This document shows, in pieces, positions 38,693-50,130 of a stretch of 64,000 nucleotides of DNA (position 1 is the first letter of the stretch; each line of letters opens with the position of its first letter). Source of the stretch: Camelus ferus (lineage: Eukaryota). The notes beneath the pieces are model-generated. The model did no database searches and was not told the origin of the DNA. It was given only the letters and a program-made list of their open reading frames with translations. A program made the translations under genes and the position numbers. Location: positions 15,810,001 through 15,874,000 of the forward strand of contig NC_045702.1 of NCBI RefSeq assembly GCF_009834535.1, given 5' to 3'.

Positions 38693-39410
38693 TATTATTA
38701 TTTTTTATTAAGGTATAGCTGCTGTACATTATTATATGTTTCAGGTGTACAACATAGTGATTCACAATTTTTAAAGGTTATATGCTCCATTTATAGTTAT
38801 TATAAAATATTGGCTATATTCTTGTGTTGTACAATGTATCCTTGTAGCTTATTTATTTTATACATAGTAGTTTGTACCTCTTAATTCGCTACCCATCTCA
38901 TGCCCCTCCCCCCTTCCCACTCCCCAATGGTAACCACTAGTTTGTTCTCTATATTTGTGCACCTGTTTCTTTTTTGTCGTATTCACTANNNNNNNNNNNN
39001 NNNNNNNNNNNNNNNNNNNNNNNNNNNNNNNNNNNNNNNNNNNNNNNNNNNNNNNNNNNNNNNNNNNNNNNNNNNNNNNNNNNNNNNNNNNNNNNNNNNN
39101 NNNNNNNNNNNNNNNNNNNNNNNNNNNNNNNNNNNNNNNNNNNNNNNNNNNNNNNNNNNNCTCCTTATCTGTTCATCTGTTGATGGACACTTAGGTTGTT
39201 TCCCTATCTTGGCAATTATAAATAATGCTGCCATGAACATTGTGGTACATCTAGCTTTTTAAATTAGTGTTTTCATTTTTTTTGGATATATACCCAAGAG
39301 TGGAACTGCTGGGTCATGTGTTAGTTCTGTTTTCAGTTTTTTCAGAAACTTCCATACTGTTTTCCACAATGGCTGCACCAATTTACATAACCACCAATAA
39401 TGTATAAGGA
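38693..39410 (-). mobile_element. L1 3' end and ORF2 C-terminal fragment with N gap 38989-39160
   Basis: Reverse frame MFMAALFIIAKIGKQPKCPSTDE is the L1 ORF2 C-terminus. Confidence 0.85.
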
Positions 39411-40275
39411 TCTACAATGTATTATTTATATGTATGAGATCATGGAAATGTAGAAAGCCAACTGAACCAAATGAATATACACAATGTGAAGGTGACTTGT
39501 ATCATTTTAAAATGGAAAAATATCTAAGGTAACAACTGGAGCATCAAAAGATGCAACAGTGAAAATTTTCAAATATAAATAAACTCATTAGAGATGAATT
39601 CTTAAGTACTTATGGGTGAAATGACATGATAGCTGGTCTTGTTTTAAAACACTCCAGCTTCATCAAAAAAAAGTTTGTGTAAGATCAACGAGACAAAATT
39701 GGGAAAATGTTGATAATTTTTTCAGCTTGGTAATGGGCATGTGTGGGCTAAATGTTAGTCTCTCTACTTTTGTATCTGTTTTAAAAATGTCCATAACAAA
39801 ACGTTAAATAACATTAAGGAATTACTGTTAATTTTAGGGAGTGTGATAACAGTATTGTGTACAGATGTGTGTGTATGTATGAATGCATGTACATGTATGT
39901 GCATGTGTTTATATACGTGTATATATACATATATGTTTAAGGTCTTATCTTTTAGAGGCAGAGGCTGAAATACTTAGGAATGAGATAACATGATGCCGTA
40001 TCAAATTAATATGAAAGGAGGGGATGTGGTAAGTGTGTAGACATAACAAAATGGCTAGTAGTTGAAAACCAGTGAAGCTGTACAATGAGTCCATGAGGGT
40101 TCATTAAACTAATTCTGTATATTTTTGAACATGCTGGAAATTTTCCATAATTTTACAGTTTTTTTTAAATTTAAATAATAAATTTTAACACAATCCTCTC
40201 CCAATTTTCTAAAAACATAAAAAATAAAAAGAAATTCTATTTACAAATCAAAACAACTATGCTCAGTTTTCTTAC

Positions 40276-40453
40276 CAGTTTGAACTTGGAACCTGGACTC
40301 TGGCACAAAGAAGGAAGGTTTCACAGCCAAGATTAAAGGAGTTTGGTCACGTACAAGTTTACTATTTATAAGTACATTTATGACTGATATGGCCGTGTAA
40401 ACGAAGGGACCAGATGTTACCAGAAAAGTGAAGTCAGCAAATAGTTCATAAAC
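40276..40453 (-). CDS. KIAA1549: KIAA1549 exon 4 (VYELFADFTFLVTSGPFVYTAISVINVLINSKLVRDQTPLILAVKPSFFVPESRFQVQT)
   Basis: ttttcatag|GTT TAT ... ACT G|gtaaga; 178 nt; phase 0 to 1. Translated by hand; absent from the ORF track. Confidence 0.95.
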
Positions 40454-40787
40454 CTATGAAAATAAAAAATGCAAAAGACATTAATTATCAGATTTGAGGG
40501 TACCATAACTCAAACTTAAAGGAAGTTGTATTGAGTAGGAAAATAATGAAGTAAAAAAATAAATAGGTACTTTTAAATGAAGGGGTAGTGCTTCACAGAT
40601 AATTAAAATTTTATTTTAGTTATGCCTCTTACACATCTGCCAACTCTCTCAAAAACAGCACAAAATTACATAAGCAAGGACAGTGAAAAAGAATAGTTAA
40701 AAATATAAACTGAATAAGGAATTAAGGAGAATTCAGGGTGTTTTGCTGTATTTAACCCACATATAAAGAAGCACTTACTCTATTAAG

Positions 40788-41095
40788 CAGAGCTGTCCGA
40801 AAGAAATATGTGAGCCACATATGCAGTTTTTAAATTTCTGGTAGCCACATTAAAAAATATAAAAAGAAACCAGTGAAATTCATTTTAAATACATTTTACT
40901 TAACCCAGTATATCAGACCTATCTAATTGCAGGCAATGTAAAAAAATATTAATGAGATATTTTACGGTTTTTTTTCATTAAGTCTTTGAAATCTGGTGTG
41001 TATCTTGCACTGACAGCACATCTCATTTGGGACAAGCCCCATTTCGCAAGCTCAACAGCCACATGTAGCTCATGGCTCCATTCAGGATGGCACAG
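40788..41095. mobile_element. MER33/MER3-like hAT-Charlie element
   Basis: cagagctgtcc ... gtagccacattaaaaa ... gcacatctcatttgggac ... gccacatgtagctc ... ggcacag. Confidence 0.7.
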
Positions 41096-41537
41096 GTCTA
41101 AAGCATGGCTTTCTGAGCTCATAGGAGAGAGGAGGCACTAGCCGGCGTCCAGCATAAAACATCTAGAAATCCATCTCTGTCTCACTCCATGTACAGAAAC
41201 ATACATGTGCACTCACTCTTAACTCTAATTTAAACTCTAATCCAAGCCCTTTCACGTAAATCAAGGGAAGCGAGATCATTAGGTCATCGCCCCAAGGTCT
41301 GGTTTTAGAGCCCTTTGTTCCAACTCTGTCAACCCTTCCTCCTGACGGACAAAACCTGGCCTCATCTGGGGTCAGAAAGGGCTGCCCTGAAGAAGTGACA
41401 TTTGAGTGGGATCCCAAGGATGAGCGGGTGTCCACAAGGAGAAGGGAGGGGAGAGGGGAACGAGACTGTCCTGCTCCCGTTACGATGTGCACACGCCCCG
41501 AGTGCCCACGCCAGACTTCCACGCCGCAGGGACCCAC

Positions 41538-41626
41538 CTTGAGCTCCACCACTCGGTGGAAGTGACTCCTCAGCACCTCTTTGATGGATGTGATGATGTA
41601 CTCCTGCACAGCTCTGCGGGCCAGCA
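41538..41626 (-). CDS. KIAA1549: KIAA1549 exon 3 (VLARRAVQEYIITSIKEVLRSHFHRVVELK)
   Basis: ctgcag|TG CTG ... AAG|gtgggt; 89 nt; phase 1 to 0. Confidence 0.95.
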
Positions 41627-42132
41627 CTGCAGATCCAAGCCAACCATCAATGCACTTCAGTGTCCTTATGAATGAGCCCGTCCACGGCCTCCCTCACTCA
41701 GCGCGGAGAAGCAGGATCCAGCCCATTCTCTTCCCTCCTCCCCCCACCTTCCGCGGTCCGGCTCCTGCCGTGTCCCCTCTGCTCCACTCCTGCTCCACCT
41801 CTTCTGCCATCTGCGCCCCTCTTCCTCATTTCCATCCCATATCCCCATCAAGATGGACACACAGAGACATGCTGATAGGCATCACTTTGTATTCAAGCCT
41901 ACAGTCACGGGGCCCGCAACCTGCCCCTTCTCACAGAGGAACACAAGGGGGAGCCCGATCAAGGGGCCACAGTCACCAGGCTTGCAGAGACATGACATCA
42001 AAGGTACTCCAGCCCCACGCGACCAGAGCAGCCAGGCAGCTGCAAGGGAAGCTGCTGCCTGTCAGCTGGTGACGCAGGCTGCAGACGGGGAGGAAGTTCA
42101 GGTCTGTGACCCCACTCAGAGGATGTCTAATA

Positions 42133-42222
42133 GGGGAGGGTATAGCTCAGTGACAGAGCACGTGCTTAGGATACCGAAGGTCCTGAGTTCAATCCTTGGT
42201 ACCTCTTTACATAAACAAACAA

Positions 42223-42256
<34 letters not shown>

Positions 42257-42297
42257 GAACAAACCTAATTACCCCTGCCCCGGCCTCCCCCAAAAAA
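42133..42297 (+). mobile_element. Camelid tRNA-derived SINE with (AAAC)n(AAGC)8 tail
   Basis: ggggagggtatagctcagtg ... gagttcaatcc ... aaacctaattacccc. Confidence 0.85.
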
Positions 42298-42602
42298 TCA
42301 GGATAGCTGGTCACTCCACGTCTCTCTCCTCAGAGTCCAAGTGATATTTACAGGAATAGATAAGAACAAAGTGCTCCCTCTTCTCCAGGAAAAGTGAGAA
42401 CAGTAAATCAGTAAGAAGCTGCAGGCGTGGCCCTTACACATTTGCCCAACTGCCTGAACTAAGCATGAAGGTGTTTTTGCCTTAACCACATCATCTATGC
42501 ATCGAATGGGTTCTGAGCTCCAAAAACAAAAATCCCAGCAAACACTTCGAAGGCCCATTTGAATCTTGTCTTCATTCTTGTTTCCACTGCTAGCTAATCT
42601 GT

Positions 42603-42775
42603 AACATTTTATGGGTGCTTTTTATAGGCCAGGCACTGAGGTAAGTATTTTAGATACATTAATGCATTTAAATCTTTCAACAGCCCAATCAAGTAGGTAC
42701 CACTATCCTCCCTGTTTAAATAGTTGAGGAAACTGAGGCTCAGAAAGGCTACATAACCATCCGGATCACTCCCAG
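42603..42775 (-). mobile_element. MIR SINE fragment
   Basis: ggccaggcactg ... gaggaaactgaggctcaga is the reverse MIR core. Confidence 0.75.
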
Positions 42776-42907
42776 GAGGGAGGCAAAGGAGTGAGGATTA
42801 CAGCCCAGGAGGAGCCTGGGGTCCAAGGCCTGCACCCTTCACCACGTTTACCGCCTGAGCATCTCCTACAAGCACCGACAGAGAGGCGACGTGAGGCAAG
42901 GCCTTAC

Positions 42908-45578
42908 CAGTTGTGATCAGATAGGCATCAGGAACCGTAATATCACACACATACGGCAGCTTGGTGGTGACCAGAGCTGGAGTGTGAATCAGCTGCTTCG
43001 GGAGTGGGGGTGGTCCCAGGATGAAGGGACGGAGGCGGGGGCGCCGTGTCACCCTCGTGGGGATTCTGACTTGCAGTGTTGCTGTTCGGGGCGGTGACAA
43101 CAGGATTCTCTGAGGCAGCCCTGGTGTCTGGCGTGCTCAGTGCAGTGGAGGTGTTCCCGGGGAAGCCTGTGGGTGCGAACGACGGGCCGTGCAAACGCCC
43201 TGGCTCTGTAGGTAGAGGTGAGGGGACCACCTCGGGAACAGATGAGGACGCTGACATCAGGGACACAGCGGTGGCCGGCACCGTGGGGGCAGGAATGACT
43301 CCAGAGAAAGAGGATAAGGCAAATGTGGGCTGGTTCGTAGCACTGATATCATCCTCAGAAGGTGTCGGGGTTGGAAAGAGAGAGGATTCGGTTAGGATGG
43401 GTGTAGCATGAACAGCAGTCAGAAGTGACATGACGTGAACAGTCGAAATGGGCTCAGAACCTGGCGGCACCGCTGTGGCAGCTGCAGGGTCACGGGACAT
43501 GAGCGAAAACTCAAAATCGGAGGTAGTTTCAGTGAAAGCTGAGGTAAAACGAGCTTCAGAGTCTGTCAGTGACACCGTGGCTGCTTCTGAGAACTTGAGA
43601 GGATCAGAGGGGAAGCTGGGGAGGAGTGACATTTGAGGGGAATGGGGTAGAGGAGGGAGTGTATGTAAAAGAAGCTCTGAGCTTGGCCAGAGCTGAGAAA
43701 ATGCAAGGTTTGTGGAGTTGGGAACAGAAAACTGAGGGGGCTGCAAATGGACAGAGTTAGTCCATGGAAGTGTCTCAACCAAGGCAGAAGCTGCCAGAGG
43801 AGAGACAGCGGACGAGTCGCTGGACATGGGAGATGGAGAAGCAAGCCCCGCTGAGGCCGGAGGGAGCCCGCTGCTGAAGTCCAGCGGCGGGGTGGAGAAA
43901 AGGCTGGGTGCGGAACCCAAAACACTTGCACTTTCATGAGGGGGGAAGCTGGCAGGTTCTTGGTCGGCGAAAAGTGAAGACGCCACTGATCTGTCCAAAC
44001 CGTAAGACGGAAGAAGACCCGGGCCTCTGGGCGACAGCAATGGTGTGTTTTTGTTTGCTGTGACGGGGAAAGACGAGTCAGGGAGGGCACTGGTGGGGAC
44101 CAAGGATGGCGTGACTTGAGTTTCAGCAACAGGGGAGGGGCCGAAAGCAGCAGCATCAAGTGACAGAGGTACAGAGAGGGGTCCGTGGGGAGGAGACACG
44201 TGTGTGCTCAGAACACCACTCGTGTCCCCACTAGCTGACACACCGATGCTCACTGCTGAGATGTCCGCAGACGGAGAAGAAAGGGGGACTGTCGGTCTGG
44301 AGGGGAAAAGGGTATTAAATTCTTGAGGGTCATCCTCAAACTCAGAGAAGTCCGCCACAACGCTGCTCAGTGGAGAGATGCTGCTCGCTTCCAAGAGGGT
44401 CAAGGACAGGGTCTCAGCACCATCCCCTGACCCCACGTCCTTCTCCGTGAGGCTCGCGGACACCACATACCGAGGTGACACCGCAGTGCAGGACACGCAC
44501 CACATGGACGGTCTGAACGGGGACACCGGGCTCCAGATGGGAGTGTCGCCTGCATGACTTGGGACCACTGCATGGCCAGGCAACTCTGACGTCTCACTGG
44601 AGTTGCCGGGAAGCAAGGGGTTATATGAAACATCAGTGGGTTGAGCAGGAAAGGATCCAAGCTCAAGAGAAGTTGAAAACAAAGCCGAATGTGTATGGCT
44701 GCCGCTGACAGCAAAGGCCGTCCGGGACAGGGCTACAGGGTGGCCTGTTCCTGGAGACACAGTTTCATCTAGACTGTGACCCAAAGCAGTGGTCATATCA
44801 AGGTGCCTGTCTGTACTCACGGCCAGAACATCCTCTGGAGGTGGTGAGACCTCCCCTGCCAGGGGAGACGGCTGCTGAGTACCACCAGCACCCAGCAGCC
44901 GGGACTCTGAAGATTGAGAGCTAAAAAGGAGGGTTTCTGCACTCTCCATTCCTGAAGCCATGATCTCTGGCAAAGTCCTGCTTGATATGTGCCCATAAGT
45001 ATCAGTAGGATAAAACACCAGATTTCTACTCAGAGTTGGAATTATGCCCTCGGAAGTGGGAAAAGTGGACCGAAAAGCATTGAAATGACTCGGGGATTCA
45101 GCATACGTGGTAGGTCGCTGCACTGGGTTTTGCCAGGCCGACGTCACTTCCTCATCTTGTAAAGAAATGATGGGTAGCGAAGGAGTCAGCACGGGGTCGA
45201 ACATCTCCTTGGGCAGCCCTGGCGGGCTGAACGTGACGTATCGCATCGGAGAAACCACACGGGAAGTGGTCCAGCGAGTCTCTGGCAGAAAGTTGTCCAT
45301 TTCATCATCATCTGTGACCTCGTTGCTCATCACTGACACATAATGTGCCACAAATATGCTGTGATCTGCTGTCCTTTGGGTCCATGTTCCTTGGTTAAAA
45401 AAGACTGTATCAAAAGCAGTGGTGGATGGAGAGGATGGGATGGGGAGGGAACTGCTGTGCTGGGACCCTGGGGCAGTTTCTGTTAAGGCCACGTGTGCAA
45501 TGCTGTGCTCAGGGCTCTCCCTCAGCATGCGCTCCACGGAGGATAAAGAAAGGTTGTGCTGATCCAGAGGGAGATCAT
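42908..45578 (-). CDS. KIAA1549: KIAA1549 exon 2: large mucin-like S/T/P-rich ectodomain exon with an apparent +1 frameshift near 42986-42992
   Basis: Acceptor ttcttcgtag|AT GAT CTC at 45578; donor ACT G|gtaagg at 42908. The long ORF (42943-45618) runs DDLPLDQHNL...PEAA and the conserved end HTPALVTTKLPYVCDITVPDAYLITT is in another frame. Length 2671 is 1 mod 3, but a phase-1/phase-1 exon needs 0 mod 3. Confidence 0.93.
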
Positions 45579-45807
45579 CTACGAAGAAAATAAAAGCCGA
45601 GTTCAGCTGCCAAGACAATGCAAGTCACACTACGAACATTTTGTTTCAGATACACAAACACACTCATTCAACAAATGTCCACTCACTGTGAACAACCACA
45701 ATTCACAGTTGAAAGTTAAACAACCAACTGGAAGCCAGAAATTGCCAGAATTACTGTCACCATAATACCTGCAAATGGTCATAAATCTGAGCACCACTTT
45801 TACTTAA

Positions 45808-45829
45808 GTGTGTGTGTGTGTGTGTGTGT
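45808..45829 (+). repeat. (GT)11 microsatellite about 230 nt upstream of the exon 2 acceptor
   Basis: Direct count. Confidence 0.9.
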
Positions 45830-46461
45830 ACATACCGACATGTTTCTCTTACTTTCTAACACCACCAAAGAATACGACTAATGGTGGAGGCCTTAACAGG
45901 TTGTCTGGCCTGTTCTCTTTCATTTATTATGTGAAAAAGAGAGGGTCAGAGAAGGCAACTAAATCAATTACATGATCACCCAGACAGAGGTGGCACTGGA
46001 ATCTGAGGGTAAGCCTGACTTGACTTCCAGGCCCATGCTCTTTTTCTTCCATAAGAGTTGTCTCCAGAGAAATGAACATGACCATGCTGACAGCGTCACC
46101 CACTACCCAGGGAAGAGGTCAGCAGTTCCCCAGTTACAGGACCTCCCACCTCCAGGCCTCAGACGACCTTCAGGCTCACCGCTCCTCATTCCGTGTCCCA
46201 CTCTCACGTCTTCCAAGCTATGCGCTGGCCAGATGAGCTACCTGCAGCTCCCCATCCGAATTCTCTGTGGCACGGCGACTTTGTACATCCCTCTCTGCCT
46301 GGGGTGGCCTTCCCCAGCTCTCTACCTGGATTGCTCCTGCCAGCCCTGAGATGCAGCAGAGACATCAGCTCCCTCCTCAATACTCCCCACGTGGGTCAGT
46401 ACCTCTCCTTCAGCTTCTACCAGTCACATCTGTTAACTGAAATGAACGGTCTGCTCATTAC

Positions 46462-46576
46462 ACTGTGAGCTTCTTGAGGACAGAGACTGTTGATCTGTTT
46501 CCCTATGCCTAGCACAGTGAGTGTCATGTAGTAAGAGCTCAATAATCATTTGTTAAGTGAATGAATAAATAAATGA
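46462..46576 (+). mobile_element. L2 LINE 3' end
   Basis: ctgtgagcttcttgagg...gcctagcacagtg...ctcaataatcatttgttaagtgaatgaat. Confidence 0.7.
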
Positions 46577-47499
46577 ATGGTGTCTGAGGACCAAGTTCTG
46601 ACATGTACCAAAAGCACTGTATTATCCCCTCAAACTTTCACATTCTTCACCCTTGCGATGGTTATCATTGTGACTTAAGTGGTTTAGGTGTCTCTACCTG
46701 TAATTCAGATACACTGTAGAAAGAGGCAGGAAATGCAATGGCCCAGAACTCTGATGAAGGCCCAGGGCACAGGGTACCATCCACTGCTGCACAGGCTGGA
46801 CACTGAGCAACTATCATGACATAACAACACCCTCCTCTCACTTATCCAGTCTATCAGAACACAAGTGTGTGAAACAGTATAGAGATAATCTTGAATTCAC
46901 TATTTTTATTCTTTTTAAAGTAAGTTATGTCTATTCTATTCCTGGCAATATGACAGACTAGAGATCCCGAAGCCTTAACACTTCTTAACAATGATGCTTA
47001 ATTAATGTCCAAAAACATCCTCGTACAGGACTGAGTGAGCCCTCAAGACGACGAGGGACATATGCTGAGTACAGGAGCAAAGCAGGAGCTGGACCAGGGA
47101 GGTCAGCACTGAAGTCACCAAATAGCCTAAAAGGACACTGGACCAGACAGCCTAAAGCTCAGGCCGTGGGGGCCTGAGGGACAAGTAAGGGGTCTGGACA
47201 GTTGAAGACCATCTCCTAAGAGTGGAGACCCAAGAAGTGCCTTACTCTCAGGGAAAGAGTGAATTAGGAAGAAAGACAGCCTCCCCTCAGACGACAGCAA
47301 GAAAAAGTGTTTCAACTTTGACTTCATGCAGATATTTTACAAAAAGTCTCCCCAAGTTTGGAATATACTACTTGTATGGTCCTAAAGACTGTATGTTAAG
47401 AATCATAATTTTAAGTGGACCAGGCCTGCAATGCCTACCAGAGGCTAACATAGAACATCTCCAGAAAAACACACTCTCAAACCAGGCATCAAAGTATTC

Positions 47500-48480
47500 C
47501 TGCAGGTAGAATTCCAACAAACATGAGCACGAAGTTTAAAATTACAAGACACGTAAGAAATAAGGTACTATGCAAAAAAGTCAAGAAATATCTCCACCAA
47601 AAGTAAAAAGAAACCCACACAACTAGTATCAGATCTGTAAAGACTTCCAATTACGGAATATATTTTTTAAGTATGTTTAACTTATTTAAAATTATAAAGA
47701 AGGGACTGAAAACATGAGTAGAAGCAAAAGACCATGAAAAATGGCCACAAAGATTTGAAGAACAACCAAAAGACATTTGGAAGCAAAAACATATAATAAT
47801 TAAAGATTTAAAACTGAATATATAATGTACAATAAACAATGAAAAGTAATTTAGACATTGCTGAGGAGAGATTTAGAGAACTGGAGGACAGATCTGGAAA
47901 TTACTCAGAATGGAGCACACAGAAACAAAAGGAGAATATAAAAAAGAGGAGGTAAGAGACATGAAAGACAGAATGAGACAGTCCAACATACATCTGATCA
48001 AAGTTTTAAAAAGAAGTAATAGAGGGAATTGAGCAGAGACAATATTCAAAGAGATAGTGCTAAGAATGATCCAAAACTAATGAGAGATGAGAATCCTTCA
48101 GTTCAGGAAGATAAAGAACCCCAAGCCAGGTGAATTTCTACACATATGATGATATCAGAGAACAACAAAGATACAGAGAAACTGTAAAGGCTATGTGTTA
48201 AAATAAGGGCATTTTCATGTAATAAAAGTGGTTATACAAACAGAAGACCACTAGAGGAGTCTCTCGAAACAAGGATATACTTCAAAGGGAAAGGTAATTA
48301 TCCCAGGAGGAACATCTGAGAATAGAGAATGTAAATGATAAAAACATGGTTAAATCTAAACAAACATTGATGGTATAAATGAACAATAATAATATGCAAT
48401 TTGTGAGCTTGCAAAGGACATAATATAGAATTAAAATAGCTTATTACATCACACAGAAGCTGAAAGAGGGGCGTCCAGAG
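47500..48480 (+). mobile_element. Highly degenerate L1 5'/ORF1-region relic
   Basis: A-rich sequence with gaagagagatttagagaactggaggacagatc and aacatacatctgat, resembling ancient L1M ORF1. Confidence 0.5.
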
Positions 48481-49894
48481 AAATTTGTGACTCACCAGCA
48501 GAGATAGAAATCAAGAGTCAAGACCAAAAAAAAAAAAAAGTTAAGACAAAATTCTGTGAATAGATTTTGTGTGTATACACTAAAATTGACAAGTGATATT
48601 TAGTCATACATTTATATAGACGCAACATTCCTACCTGGCTCCATTAGCATCTGAAAGTCCAAACTTATACCAGACGTAAGTGGTTTACTTGAAAGGGTCA
48701 CACTCCTTTCTATGGAATGTGGTATTAAAAATAAAGAAGAAAACCAGTTCTCAAAGGTTTTTTGGTTATTTCATAGCAATATTCTCAGGCATTTGCTGTC
48801 TTCCATTCAACCTGGCTCTAGGATTTCTCGTCTACGTGCTTTTACTATTTACCCGCCACATTCCAAGCATGGGTAAGGGTAACGATCATAAAATTACAAC
48901 TTGGGTAAAGAAGCAGCTGTTCATCTCCACAGCAAAGGCTAAAAAGTCATAAATTTAAGAAGTAATAAAATAAACATTCTATCCAACTCCGTAGCATATA
49001 GATTTAGAATTTTTCCTAAGGCTGTATTATTTTATGTGTCTATTTTAAAACTCTGCTATATGATATGATTTATTTTGAAATGTAAGATCTGAACAGAAAG
49101 TAAGATCCCTTTTTAAATGAATCAGAAAAAAATAAGCAAATAAAATGAATCAGAAACATTGTAAGTGCACTGGAAGACTGCAAGAGAGAAAACAGTAAAG
49201 AAAGGGGCATTTAGTGCCTAATATACGAGCCCAAGTATAGGATGCAAGTCAGAACTCAATCAATTCTACCTACAAAGGACAGGGGACAGGGAAGCAAAAC
49301 AATCAGAAGAATGAAAATTTTTCCTGGCCAGTAAAACAGAGGAGCAAAAACTTCCTATGAAGACCGGTGAGGTATACCAAGCTGTGATGTTTTTTCCCCC
49401 TCCTTTTGGCCAAGCTCCAGGAGGGAGAAACCAACTCTAAAGAGACAGCAGCTGAAATGCCAGGGGAATCACTTCTGGAGTTAATTCAGGAAGAGGCTAG
49501 AAAACCCAGGTGAGTCTCTCCCAGCAGACAAGGCGTCAGGCACTCTAATTTCAAGCCCTGGAGATCAATTTTCAAGCTCTCAAGCGTTAGTTCACGCACC
49601 AGTGAAAGGTTCTCTCTGGGATGACAGAGGAAAAGGAACGAGGATGGTACACGAGGGATGGGGGATCCTGTTAAGATGCAAACCCTGTCCAGCAGGGCTG
49701 GGGGGAGCCCTGACATGTGGCCAGGCCTAACCACACTCTGAGTGGCAAGTATTGAGCCACCTTCTCCTGTGTAGACCGCACAACACATACCTATCAGGTG
49801 CCTACCCCGTACCCACTCCTGAGCAAGGTCCCTGCCATGCTCTACTTAATAGAGCCAGAGCCTCCCTAGTGCATGCGGATTCACAGTGATTACA

Positions 49895-50130
49895 GATTCA
49901 CAAGGCACACCCACAGAACACAGGACACCAAAGGTGAACCCCAAAGCAAACCACAGACTTCGGGTAACAATGCTGTGCCAACGCAGGTTCACTCACTGTA
50001 ACAAATGTACCGCTCTGGTGGGGGATGTGAATAATGGGGGCAGATAAACATGGGCAGGGGCAGGGGGTACACGGGAACTCTCTGTACCTTCTTCTCAATT
50101 TTGCTGTGAACCTGAAACTGCTCTTAAACG
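49895..50130 (+). mobile_element. L1MC-type 3' end
   Basis: gtgaacccc...tgtaacaaatgtacc...gaactctctgtac...ttttgctgtgaacctgaaactgctct. Confidence 0.7.

Larger units (their letters stand above)
850..45578 (-). other. KIAA1549: KIAA1549 gene body, coding exons 2-16 (partial; about 1,679 codons if the exon-2 frameshift is corrected)
   Basis: 15 exons with AG/GT boundaries and matching phases. The spliced peptide matches KIAA1549 as recalled (e.g. YVCDITVPDAYLITT-VLARRAVQEYII, LWVIVGVVIPVL, IQTALRHKSEIEHHRNKIRLRAKRRGHYEFP). Exon numbering is inferred from human. Confidence 0.97.

Noticed and set aside
17106-42297. Five tRNA-like sequences with A and B boxes as tRNA genes
   Set aside because: Each continues into the same SINE tail, two have clear TSDs, and all carry substitutions incompatible with a clean cloverleaf. 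They are SINE heads.
850-45578. Whole gene as a pseudogene
   Set aside because: Only one lesion was found. Fourteen exons keep open frames, GT-AG sites and compatible phases.
45579-45618. ORF-track N-terminus MSWQLNSAFIFFV as the protein start or signal peptide
   Set aside because: It begins at TTG and is the intronic pyrimidine tract before the AG at 45580-45579.
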